Translations under genes and position numbers: made by a program | The notes under the pieces: generated by a model | What the model saw: only the letters and a program-made list of their open reading frames with translations | Told to the model about the DNA's origin: nothing | The model's database searches: none | Assembly (NCBI GenBank): GCA_947305065.1 | Contig: CAMZCT010000007.1 | Span: 542 to 64,541 of the forward strand | Origin: an uncultured Mycoplasmatota bacterium | GTDB taxonomy: Bacteria; Bacillota_I; Bacilli_A; RF39; UBA660 | DNA: 64,000 nt | Reading direction: 5' to 3' | Shown here: positions 50,674 through 59,694 of the stretch, in pieces | Position numbering within the stretch: position 1 is the stretch's first letter | Layout: each line of letters starts with the position of its first letter

Positions 50674-50988
50674 TTACATTTGTCTTTCACCAATCTTTTC
50701 ACTTTGATACATTTCCATGTATCTTAAGAAAGTACTATATGATGATGTCATACTTGGTATTCCAGTTGATTGCCATATACTCATCAAATTTTTTTCTTCT
50801 GAATTCTCTCGCTCTCCAGCTTCATATCTTTTCATATTCTTTAAAAAAGTCTCATATGGTAAAGCTTGAAAAGCGACTCCAGCAGAAGCCATATGCGCTT
50901 TCCACTTTTTTTCTTCCTCATTTAACTCTCAATCTCCAGCTTCATATCTTAGCATACATTCACAAAACAAATCATAATCAGTTTTCAT
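50674..50988 (-). pseudogene. Repeat-containing small gene with an in-frame TGA
   Basis: MKTDYDLFCECMLRYEAGD, then TGA at 50929-50931, then ELNEEEKKWKAH.. The internal motif (M/K)RYEAG(D/E) occurs twice and the DNA is repeated at 50806/50926. Confidence 0.4.
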
Positions 50989-51060
50989 TTTTATCAACTC
51001 CAATTGTATTATAACATACTATATCTATAATTAAAAATTCTTTATTCAAAAAAACGAAAA

Positions 51061-51240
51061 TTATCTATATACTTTCTTCAATATTTTAACATAATCATCT
51101 GGAAGTCCTAAAAAAGCCTCATCTATTTCCATTTCATCTAAATTATAAGTAGTATAAGTATTACCACCAGTTATTTTTTCAATCTCTTCTTCTAACAATC
51201 CAAACGAAGTAGAATATAAAGCAAATATATTATCTTTCAT
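51061..51240 (-). pseudogene. Diverged 5' fragment of holA fused to unrelated sequence
   Basis: IFALYSTSFGLLEEEIEKITGGNTYTTYNLDEMEIDEA aligns with the holA N-terminus VIFSTSYRLLEDEIKKIVKDNNYTSYNLDEVELDDV. It diverges after about 40 codons and stops at codon 60. Confidence 0.65.
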
Positions 51241-51314
51241 AAACCCACCAACTTACAATTACTTTAAAAATCCATAATAATTATACCATCTAAATAAAAA
51301 AACTATAAAAGTCA

Positions 51315-51848
51315 TTATTTAAGTACAAATGAGGAATCATAATCTTCTTGTTCTTCCAAAGCCAAAACATCTGTTAGAGCTTTAATATAATCTTCATAAT
51401 AACCTTTCATCTTAAGATTTATTAAAAATGATAAAGCAGAAAAATATGAAGAAATTTTTGCTTTAGTTTCAAACACAAGTAATGGTTCATCTACAGTTTC
51501 ATAAAGGCCTACAGAAGGAAATGGTATTCCAACCAACACTTTACCATCATCACTATACTCATAGTTCAATTGGAAAAAAGATTTAGAAAAGAATTCATTT
51601 CCTGTTACATAAGGAGCTCCGAAAAAATCAAAAAAGTCTAAAGCACGAAACAAATTTGTACTAATAATAACTTTTCTATACTCTTTAGGAATATTATATT
51701 TATCAAAATATGCTTCTACACCCTTATCATATTGCATCTCATAATCCTTAACAATATCATTAACAACAAGCGAATTTTCATTATAAGTAGCTAACCTTTT
51801 CTTCCCATGATTATAAACACTCTTTTTTATATCACTAGATTCAACCAA
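51315..51848 (-). CDS. Hypothetical protein (177 aa)
   Basis: ORF with a TTG start. An upstream ATG with a good RBS is separated from it by an in-frame TAA, so it may be damaged. Confidence 0.35.
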   Translation of the reverse strand: MVESSDIKKSVYNHGKKRLATYNENSLVVNDIVKDYEMQYDKGVEAYFDKYNIPKEYRKVIISTNLFRALDFFDFFGAPYVTGNEFFSKSFFQLNYEYSDDGKVLVGIPFPSVGLYETVDEPLLVFETKAKISSYFSALSFLINLKMKGYYEDYIKALTDVLALEEQEDYDSSFVLK

Positions 51849-52007
51849 ATAATAGAGAGATTAAAAACTCATAAAATCACCTCATTAAAAAGTATTCTAG
51901 CATAAAAAATATTATAATAAATCCCTAAAAGGTACAACTATTTGTCAATACATTATGTACGTAAAAGCAAAAATATATTATAATATAAAGAACGGAGGTG
52001 AAAAAGA

Positions 52008-52826
52008 ATGATATTAAGTTATAATACAATTAAAAAACTTACAGATAAAAACCTATTAATTGAAAATGCTAATGTTCAAAATATTCATTCCTCATCATAT
52101 GATGTCACCGCCGATAAATATATTTTAAAATTTAAAAAAAGTAAAAAGCCAATATCATTTATAGATGCTGAAGAATTAAATACCATGTACGAAGAAATAA
52201 ATATAACTACGGGATATACAATCAAACCAGGAGAAACTATTTTAGTAGTATTAGAAGATATATTTAATATTCCTAATAATATTTGTGGTTCAATAAGGGG
52301 TAGAACTTCCCTTAATAGACTTGGTTTAACAATAGCTACTCAGCATTTAAACCCTGGATTTAAAGGAAAGCTAAATTTAGTAGTAACTAACAATTCTATT
52401 AATTCCTACATTATTACCCCTAAAATTCAAATAGCTCAAGTACTATTTGAAAAACTAGATAGGAAAGTAAACAAAAAACAATTATATTCAAATAAAAAGA
52501 AATCAACATATCAAAACAAAGACGGCCGCCAAGGCTCAATGATTTACTCAGACTATATTGGAAAAGTAGTTAGACATTTTAAAGGCAATTACTATTTTAT
52601 AGAAGATATATGTATGGATTCTGAAACAAAAGAATACACAATTATCTACAAAAATCTATATAATCGTGAAGATTCTAATATATGGGCAAGACCAGCAAAA
52701 ATGTTTTTTGAAGAAATAGACGAAAATAGAGTTGATAATATAACCAAACAAAAGCATCGTTTTGAACTAGTCGATGATTTAACAATTGATTATACAAAAG
52801 AAAACAAACAAAAACTTGATAATTAA
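52008..52826 (+). CDS. dCTP deaminase / dUTPase-fold domain fused to a DUF1653-like domain
   Basis: N-half: SSSYDV, IKPGETILV, GRTSLNRLGL, NPGFKGKLNLVVTN, IAQVLFEKL (Dcd family). C-half: VRHFKGNYYFIEDICMDSETKEYTIIYKNLY..NIWARPAKMFFEEI (DUF1653 pattern). Own RBS and terminator. Confidence 0.75.
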   Translation: MILSYNTIKKLTDKNLLIENANVQNIHSSSYDVTADKYILKFKKSKKPISFIDAEELNTMYEEINITTGYTIKPGETILVVLEDIFNIPNNICGSIRGRTSLNRLGLTIATQHLNPGFKGKLNLVVTNNSINSYIITPKIQIAQVLFEKLDRKVNKKQLYSNKKKSTYQNKDGRQGSMIYSDYIGKVVRHFKGNYYFIEDICMDSETKEYTIIYKNLYNREDSNIWARPAKMFFEEIDENRVDNITKQKHRFELVDDLTIDYTKENKQKLDN

Positions 52827-52839
52827 ATCAAGTTTTTTT
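52815..52839 (+). terminator. Intrinsic terminator
   Basis: CTTGAT..ATCAAG hairpin plus T7. Confidence 0.6.
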
Positions 52840-52857
52840 GTTACTTCTCATATATTT

Positions 52858-53301
52858 TTACTTATATACTATTCTTAAATTAATCTTAAATTCTTTAAAT
52901 CCCAAACTCTTATATAAATTTAAAGAAGTTTTATTTTCTGCCATCACTCCAACATCAACAAAATAAATATCTCTATCTTTAACCATATTTAAAGATTCTT
53001 TCAAAAGTTTAGTAGCAATACCTCTATTTCTATATTCCTTTTCAACAAATAAGCCATCAATTAAATATCCATTAACATCATCATATACAACTTGCTTCAA
53101 AAAAACATATCCTACTACTAAATTATCCTCCTCATAACAAAGCAATATATTATTATCATCTTTTATTACATTTTTAAAATAATCTTTAACTATAAATTTT
53201 TCATCAATAAACTTATTATATTGTCTTTCATCTTGAATCAATTTAGTTAATAAACCATCACAAACTTCCGCTCTTTTATCATCAAAAACTCTAATTATCA
53301 T
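52858..53301 (-). CDS. GNAT family N-acetyltransferase
   Basis: LFVEKEYRNRGIATKLL acetyl-CoA-binding motif. ATG at 53301 behind GGTGATAGA. Confidence 0.8.
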   Translation of the reverse strand: MIIRVFDDKRAEVCDGLLTKLIQDERQYNKFIDEKFIVKDYFKNVIKDDNNILLCYEEDNLVVGYVFLKQVVYDDVNGYLIDGLFVEKEYRNRGIATKLLKESLNMVKDRDIYFVDVGVMAENKTSLNLYKSLGFKEFKINLRIVYK

Positions 53302-53510
53302 TCTATCACCAGCTATATTATACCAATTAGAAATCAATTAAGAAAGTAATAAAAAACAGTTTATAAAAATTAAAATATCAAAAAATAATTATGAAATTAA
53401 AAACAATCACACTACTCTAAAGAATTCTTATAATCATCATATAAAACATCTAATCAAGATTTTAAATCTGGAAAAGCAGAACAAATACTTATATATGAAG
53501 AGTCAATATA

Positions 53511-53995
53511 TTATTCATGATTCAAATCATATAATTGTCTACTAATTCTTTCTTTAAAAATGTCAATCAAATCATTCGGTTCATAATGATAATCATAATT
53601 AAACTCTTTACCACTACTTGTTTTACTTCCATGATGTCCTACTTTTAATACATCACTAGCAGGTAAATTATATTGATTCGTTATCTCTTTTTCTGTAGTA
53701 CTTGATGCATCTCCCATAAACATAAATTTATAACCATTTAGTTCTGTATAAATAACATTACTATTATCATTTTCGTTATCATATTCTTTGGTTTGTAAAA
53801 AATAGAGTTTGTTATTATCTATATTTAATTCTTTAATACATGAATAATATTTAATCTTCTTTTAATCCAATACTTTGATTAGTTCTTGCTCTAAGTCATT
53901 AAATTCACCACAATTAAATATTACTTTTTTACTTTAAAATTATTTACTAAGTTAATAGCTTCACCCATATGATCATAATCTCCATGTGGTGACAT
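53511..53995 (-). pseudogene. comEC: comEC 3'-end copy A (decayed and truncated)
   Basis: Begins MSPHGDYDHMGEAINLV. Has a frameshift near FKV(K)K and an in-frame TAA (VLD*KK). GDASSTTEKE..LKVGHHGSKTSSGKEF then diverges into unrelated sequence. Confidence 0.75.
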
Positions 53996-54014
53996 ACATT
54001 TATGCATACGGATT
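53993..54014 (-). repeat. Type-1 flank (AATCCGTATGCATAAATGYATG) abutting copy A
   Basis: The same 22 nt abuts copy B at 57254-57275. Sequence beyond it differs. Confidence 0.7.
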
Positions 54015-54149
54015 TTTATGTAAAAAAAAAACTATCTTTTTAGTTTTTTTCATTTATTTGAGTTAAATAGCCTTCTTTTGTAGATATATATCTATAGATT
54101 ATATCTTTATAGTTATTACACTCTTATCATCTACAACTACTCTCGTTTT

Positions 54150-54506
54150 TTAATGTGTCCTTGAAATAGAATATGATATAGTCTCATCTGACATATCTTT
54201 ATCAACATAGACAAGTGAAACTGTATCATCTGTAAAGCAATGCCACTCCATCACAGGAATGCCTCTAGTAGATGCTTGGCATTGTGCCTCTGTATCATTT
54301 TCAGTAGTAAATACTAATTCACAATCTTCATTTTCTTCAAATGCCATGTTATAACCGAATGGTGTATTTACATTATATTCTTTGATAGTAAAGCCATCTT
54401 TCCCCATCTTTTTTAGCACTTCATTTACTTTTTTTCTAAATTCCTCATTTCTTTCTCTTTCACCTGAAAACATTTCACTTCTCATGAACATAACAACTTT
54501 AGCCAT
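54150..54506 (-). CDS. Hypothetical protein (118 aa)
   Basis: ORF with RBS GGAGGT. A hairpin plus T-run lies at 54023-54050. Confidence 0.45.
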   Translation of the reverse strand: MAKVVMFMRSEMFSGERERNEEFRKKVNEVLKKMGKDGFTIKEYNVNTPFGYNMAFEENEDCELVFTTENDTEAQCQASTRGIPVMEWHCFTDDTVSLVYVDKDMSDETISYSISRTH

Positions 54507-54553
54507 ATCATAATACCTCCAAACTTATTATAACATATCTTTTAACATTTGTA

Positions 54554-55124
54554 TCACACAAATTCATATTCTCTAGCAATTATTCTATCATCAGAACAGT
54601 ATTTAATAACACATTCATTATCTTGTTTACAAATAATTATACCTACTGTATCATTCTCTTCTATAGTTTTAATATTCTTATCAATATAATTCATATAAGT
54701 CATAATTTGACCTGTGTGTTCTTTTTTTAATTCAGTTACTTTTAATTCAATTACTACATAACATTTATATTTAATATTATAAAGAAGTAAATCAATATAA
54801 TTATATCTATCATCTAATTTTATCTTATATTCATTACCAACATAATTTTGTACCCAATGGGTACAATTTTTCATCACTAAATATTTCATAAAATTTTCTC
54901 ATTTTATACAAATTACTTACTTTATATTTTTTACCAACTTCTAGGACTAATTTTTCTGAGTATTATTTAATAACATTTTCCCCATACTCTTTTCTAGCTT
55001 GACTCAAAAGTTTACCTATTTCGAAATAAACGCTAACTTTATGTCTGTCCTTTGAATAGTCTTTAGCCTTATCATATATTTCGCTTTTTATCAATTTTTC
55101 TTTTATCTCATTATAATAATTCAT
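54554..55124 (-). pseudogene. Decayed DUF1016/YhcG-type PD-(D/E)xK nuclease
   Basis: N-part MNYYNEIKEKL..YGENVIK, then TAA, then YSEKLVLEVGKKYKVSNLYKMRKFYEIF. Then a frameshift or internal deletion. C-part YIDLLLYNIKYKCYVVIELKV..GQIMTYMNYID..VGIIICK. Confidence 0.7.
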
Positions 55125-55343
55125 ATTAATACTTTAATCATCTTTTTTTCATTAATTCTTTCATATATACCTCCTTTAAATAATTAAAAAAGTATACCCC
55201 CTTAAAGGTATACCCGTATCATACATACTTCTATTTTGCCATTAGAAATATATGCTATCGACCTAATTGTCATATAAAAAGTTGGCAAATTATTTTATAC
55301 AATAATATTATATTAAAAAAGACTAGATAAAATCTAGTCCCTA

Positions 55344-56474
55344 TTATCTTTTAGTTCTTCCCTCACGATTAACATCAAATACTTCCGGTATAGCATTTCT
55401 AAAATCGTGTTTTTCGCTTCTATTATTTAATGCTGGTGGAATAACTTCATCAATCTTTTCCTTATTGTTTTCTTTGATTGCTTTCATAACTTCTAAAACA
55501 ATATCAGCAGCATAATCAGTAGAACACATATTTAAAATGTCAACAAGATCAGCATATAATTCTTCTTCTGATTTTAATGGATTTGCCGATTTTAGATAAC
55601 CCATTAATAATTCTGCTCTTTGAATAGAATTTAATACTGCACCATCCTGCTTTCTATCTCTTCCTCTATAAACATAATAACCACTATCAAGAATAAATGA
55701 ATTTAGTATAAAGTCATATAAACCTTTAGTATCTCTCGTTTTTTTTACAAATTCATCCATTTCTTTTTTATATTTTTTTGTTCTAAATAAATATATTATC
55801 TTTTCAATTAAAATTTTTGGTTTCCTAGCTGCTACAAGTTCTTCTATAATAGAGTCAACACTCTTTCCTCTACCTGTTTCTTCATTTATTTTACTTAAAG
55901 CAGAAAGAGTTTCATTGCTATCAGTAACTATATCTTCTAATATTTTATGATTTAAAACACAATTTTTATCATTTTCATCACTAAATTGTTTTATTGCTCT
56001 TGCAAGTTTTTCTTCAAATTCTCTTGGTTTTGCAAGAACAGAAATTTCTAACACTTTATCCAAGAAACTTTTTTCTTCATTTTTTAATATTGCAATTACG
56101 TTAGCAAAGAATCCGCCATCATTTAATTCTTCGCAAGAGTCAAGTAAGCAATTGCAAGTTTCCATTATTTCCTTAGTTACATAATAAGGATATGAAAGGA
56201 ATGTTCCATAATGTACGCCCTTAGCAGTATTATAGCTACCAATAAATCCTGTTGGAATAGCTGTAAAAGTTTCAATATTGATTCCTAAAAGGCCAAATAA
56301 ATAAGTAATTGCCGCAAAATTAATGATACTTTCCTTATCTGGTGTTAAAGTTGCTGTTGATAGTCCAAACAAATGATTTAAATCATCCATCTTACAGCCT
56401 CGATACTCTAATCTATAAATTCCTTGATTATCTCTTTTAAGGTCACATTCTTGTAATACTTTAAAAAACTCCAT
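55344..56474 (-). CDS. Hypothetical protein (376 aa), cassette cargo
   Basis: Intact ORF. Its start overlaps the stop of the 86-aa membrane ORF. No family recognised. Confidence 0.55.
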   Translation of the reverse strand: MEFFKVLQECDLKRDNQGIYRLEYRGCKMDDLNHLFGLSTATLTPDKESIINFAAITYLFGLLGINIETFTAIPTGFIGSYNTAKGVHYGTFLSYPYYVTKEIMETCNCLLDSCEELNDGGFFANVIAILKNEEKSFLDKVLEISVLAKPREFEEKLARAIKQFSDENDKNCVLNHKILEDIVTDSNETLSALSKINEETGRGKSVDSIIEELVAARKPKILIEKIIYLFRTKKYKKEMDEFVKKTRDTKGLYDFILNSFILDSGYYVYRGRDRKQDGAVLNSIQRAELLMGYLKSANPLKSEEELYADLVDILNMCSTDYAADIVLEVMKAIKENNKEKIDEVIPPALNNRSEKHDFRNAIPEVFDVNREGRTKR

Positions 56475-56721
56475 TTTCCCACCTCAGTTTTTTTATTATA
56501 ACATAATATTCTATTTCTTGTCTATCGCAGCTTGAACTTTTCACTACATCGAAAGAACATACCATTAATAATAATGCGAATATGTATAAAATAATATTAC
56601 TATTTGTAAATGCCATTAATATGAATAAACCACATCTAATTACTCTACCAATTGCTAAAAAGAATTCTAAGCTGACATAATATTCAACTTTGTATTCATT
56701 TTTTATTTTTTCATCATTCAT
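56461..56721 (-). CDS. Small two-TM membrane protein
   Basis: Two hydrophobic helices. An upstream ATG (MNFEDVKK..) is out of frame, so the N-terminus is possibly damaged. Confidence 0.4.
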   Translation of the reverse strand: MNDEKIKNEYKVEYYVSLEFFLAIGRVIRCGLFILMAFTNSNIILYIFALLLMVCSFDVVKSSSCDRQEIEYYVIIKKLRWENGVF

Positions 56722-56799
56722 ATCAAAGTGTTTACTTATAAATTCTTCAAAGTTTTTTTAACATCTTCAAAATTCATATTATCACCCATATAAATTATT

Positions 56800-57268
56800 A
56801 ATATATTGTCTTAATTATTAAAATATTATTTAATTTAAACATAATACTACTATTTATATCTGTTCTATATATTTTAGATTCTTTTTTTTAAATATCATCA
56901 GCTGTTTCACCATTATATAGTCCTTTGTATCCAGCATTATGAAATCTGGCTAAGTCTTTTACTCCGCTATTAACTGCCGTTTTATTTAAATTATAATTAC
57001 CTTTTCTAGCTTGATTTCTTCTATATAGTCTTTTCTCATCTTCAATATCCGTTTGTAAAAAATATAATTTATTTTTATCGATATTTAATTCTTTGATACA
57101 GGAATAATATTTTATTTTCTTTTTATCTAATACTTTAATTAGATCTTGTTCTAGATCATTATATGGTCCACAATTAAAGATTACATTCTCTACTTTAAAA
57201 TTATTAACTAAATTAATAGCTTCTCCCACATGGTCAAAGTCTCCATGTGGTGACATGCATTTATGCAT
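56800..57268 (-). pseudogene. comEC: comEC 3'-end copy B (chimeric)
   Basis: MHKCM-SPHGDFDHVGEAINLVNNFKVENVIFNCGPYNDLEQDLIKVLDKKKIKYYSCIKELNIDKNKLYFLQT, then ~53 unrelated codons and a stop at 56888. A degraded ..SKIYRTD..IMFK.. remnant of the gene end follows at ~56825-56885. Confidence 0.7.
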
Positions 57269-57275
57269 ACGGATT
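57254..57275 (-). repeat. Type-1 flank abutting copy B
   Basis: AATCCGTATGCATAAATGCATG immediately 5' of TCACCACATGGAG. Confidence 0.7.
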
Positions 57276-57307
57276 TGAGCAAAGAAAAAAGATTACATAA
57301 CGTAACC

Positions 57308-59023
57308 TTAATCTAATGTCTGATGTGCATTTTTAATATCAGCATTTGCCATTTCTAGTTGTCTTCTTTTATCTAAAAAGATATTTATTATCTCTTCTGG
57401 CTTTTCCACCGTATATCCTTGTTTTCTAGCATAATCAACCCAATATGGAGATTTTAATATTTTTTCAAATTCACTATCTAAAGTTTTTGTCACTATATCT
57501 ATACAATCTATTGCAGTTTTTGGAGCATTAACTGATATTTCATCAATATGGCTCATGATTCTTCCTAAATACGGAATCAATTTATCTCTATTGAAATGTT
57601 TTTCAAGTAACTCAGGTGCTACATCTATATAACCATTATTTATTGTATAAGCTAATTCTAGAATACTTTTTAATATTTTAGAATCATCATATCTACTTTC
57701 AAATAATTCTAAATTTTTTTCAATTTTTTCTACATTATTTAATAAACATTTTTGACAATCTACTACTACAATAGGAATATTAAAATCTTTTGCTGCTCTT
57801 AAACTTTCAAGCCAAATTTGATCACTACTAAAATCTTCCCTTGTTTTTAAATATACTATATAATCCGGATTAATCCTTTCTAACTTACCATTTATTACTC
57901 TTCTTCTAGAACGATAAACTTCATTATTCGTAAATCTTGTGTTATTTATTAAACTATCAGGTGTCCTAAATTCAACATCAGCAATTAATTTTTTTTGATG
58001 AAATGGATTTGTAATATTCAAATCTTTATATATTCCACCAGTGCCTAGATCATTTGATCCTAATAATGATAAATTATTTTCACCAAATTTTCCAAATCCA
58101 AATAAACAATGTTTTACATGTGTTTTTATACTGCTACTGCTAATAATGGAATTACACATATAATCAGTAGCAATCCTTGGACGATTCCATGCATCTTTAA
58201 AATTTTCAGGTGTTTCGTATTCTGTTGCCATACCATATGAATAAATACACATATAAAAATCTAATCCAGCATCATATATATTAATACCATCAACGTTATC
58301 AATTTGTTTTTCATTTGTTGGTGCATAAAATTTTTCATCATATATTTTTGAGTAAAAATTTCTAAGAATAGAATCTATATTAATTAAAAAACTTATATTC
58401 TCATACACAATTCTATCGCAGCCTTTGCCTTCAATAATATTTTTAATATCAAATAAAAAATCTTTTCCCTCTGATTCAGGTAAATTTTCTATATCCTTAC
58501 AATATCTCATATATAAATTATAAGCTTTATCGTATGACATTCCATATTTGTTTAACAATAATATATTTGGATCATTTGTTTCATTATTATTACTATTCTT
58601 GTTATCTCTAATTATTTGTAAATTATTTAGATCATCAACAGAATTAATATCAAAATAATTACCTCCACTACTAATTACAAATAATAAATTTTTTATTTGA
58701 GACTTGCTTAAGTCATTTTTACTAACATCATCTATTAAATTTGAAAATTGTTTATTTTTTAAAAAATGATAATAATTTGCACATAATGAAATCCAATCTT
58801 GATTTTCATTTTCAGCATAATTAATAATCTTTGATATATTTTTAATATTTTGTTCAGATAAGTTAATTATAATTTCTTGTGCTTCTTTATTTAAAGCAAA
58901 CGTTTCTAAAACATATAAAGGTAAATATTTTATGGTAATTTCATTTATAAAACCACTTATTAGTGTTTTCTCTGTTTCTTTGTTGCTGGTATATAAATAA
59001 TTTATTACACTATTAATATCCAT
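57308..59023 (-). CDS. Hypothetical protein (571 aa), cassette cargo
   Basis: Intact ORF starting 42 nt after the end of copy C. No family recognised. Confidence 0.6.
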   Translation of the reverse strand: MDINSVINYLYTSNKETEKTLISGFINEITIKYLPLYVLETFALNKEAQEIIINLSEQNIKNISKIINYAENENQDWISLCANYYHFLKNKQFSNLIDDVSKNDLSKSQIKNLLFVISSGGNYFDINSVDDLNNLQIIRDNKNSNNNETNDPNILLLNKYGMSYDKAYNLYMRYCKDIENLPESEGKDFLFDIKNIIEGKGCDRIVYENISFLINIDSILRNFYSKIYDEKFYAPTNEKQIDNVDGINIYDAGLDFYMCIYSYGMATEYETPENFKDAWNRPRIATDYMCNSIISSSSIKTHVKHCLFGFGKFGENNLSLLGSNDLGTGGIYKDLNITNPFHQKKLIADVEFRTPDSLINNTRFTNNEVYRSRRRVINGKLERINPDYIVYLKTREDFSSDQIWLESLRAAKDFNIPIVVVDCQKCLLNNVEKIEKNLELFESRYDDSKILKSILELAYTINNGYIDVAPELLEKHFNRDKLIPYLGRIMSHIDEISVNAPKTAIDCIDIVTKTLDSEFEKILKSPYWVDYARKQGYTVEKPEEIINIFLDKRRQLEMANADIKNAHQTLD

Positions 59024-59064
59024 TCTATCACATCCTATATTTATTATATCATGCTAATTTATAA

Positions 59065-59640
59065 TTAAGGCAAACAAGTTCCTATTTTCAACTTATTATC
59101 TTTAATCTTAAACATAATGCTTCCATCCTCGTCTGTTCTATATATTTTAGAATTATCTAAATTTTCTAATTCTTCTTTATTTGGATGACCATACCTATTA
59201 TTCTATCCAACACTAATAATTGAATATTTAGGATTAATTTCATTTATAAATTCTTTGCTGCTACTTGTTCTTGATCCATGACGGCCTACTTTTAACACAT
59301 CTATGTCTGGTAAATTATATTTAGAGAGTATTTCTTTTTCAGTAGTTGTAGATGCATCTCCCATAAACATAAATTTATAACCATTAATCTCTGTATAAAT
59401 AACATTACTATTATCATTTTCGTTAGCATATTCTCTTGTTTGTAAGAAATATAATTTATTCTTATCTATATTTAATTCTTTAATACATGAATAATATTTT
59501 ATCTTCTTTTTATCTAATACTTTAATTAGTTCTTTTTCCAAATCATTGTGAGGTCCACAATTAAAAATTACTTTTTCTACTTTGAAGTTTTCTACTAGAT
59601 TAATAGCTTCTCCCATATGATCAAAATCTCCATGTGGTGA
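59065..59640 (-). pseudogene. comEC: comEC 3'-end copy C (single in-frame TAG)
   Basis: SPHGDFDHMGEAINLVENF..FMFMGDASTTTEKE..LKVGRHGSRTSSSKEF..IISVG, then TAG, then NNRYGHPNKEE..SKIYRTDEDGSIMFKIKDNKLKIGTCLP and stop. Confidence 0.8.
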
Positions 59641-59661
59641 TTGTCAAAAAGTAAGTCGAAT
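59641..59661 (-). repeat. Type-2 flank (ATTCGACTTACTTTTTGACAA) abutting copy C
   Basis: Identical 21 nt precede copies D and E. It contains an in-frame TGA relative to the comEC frame. Confidence 0.75.
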
Positions 59662-59671
59662 AATTATCAAA

Positions 59672-59693
59672 TAAAAAGACTCATATAAGTCTC
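59672..59693 (-). terminator. Intrinsic terminator of the 401-aa cargo gene
   Basis: AGACT..AGTCT hairpin plus TTTTTATTT on the minus strand. Confidence 0.5.
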
Positions 59694-59694
59694 T

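Noticed and set aside
50607-51014. 135-aa plus-strand ORF
   Set aside because: Its composition is low-complexity and hydrophobic, typical of the antisense of an AT-rich gene. The minus strand carries a more coherent, though interrupted, repeat-containing ORF.
59203-59616. Listed ORFs 59203..59616, 61217..61495, 60943..61263, 63166..63408 and 53511..53723 as independent small MBL-fold genes
   Set aside because: They are pieces of the comEC 3' copies, cut by stops or frameshifts. They lack the N-terminal half of the MBL fold and have no RBS of their own.
59641-59680. TTGACA inside the type-2 flank as a promoter for the comEC copies
   Set aside because: A TATAAT at suitable spacing exists only in copy E (GATTATAATCAT). 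Copies C and D have TTTGAT and CTACGA there, so a conserved promoter is not supported.
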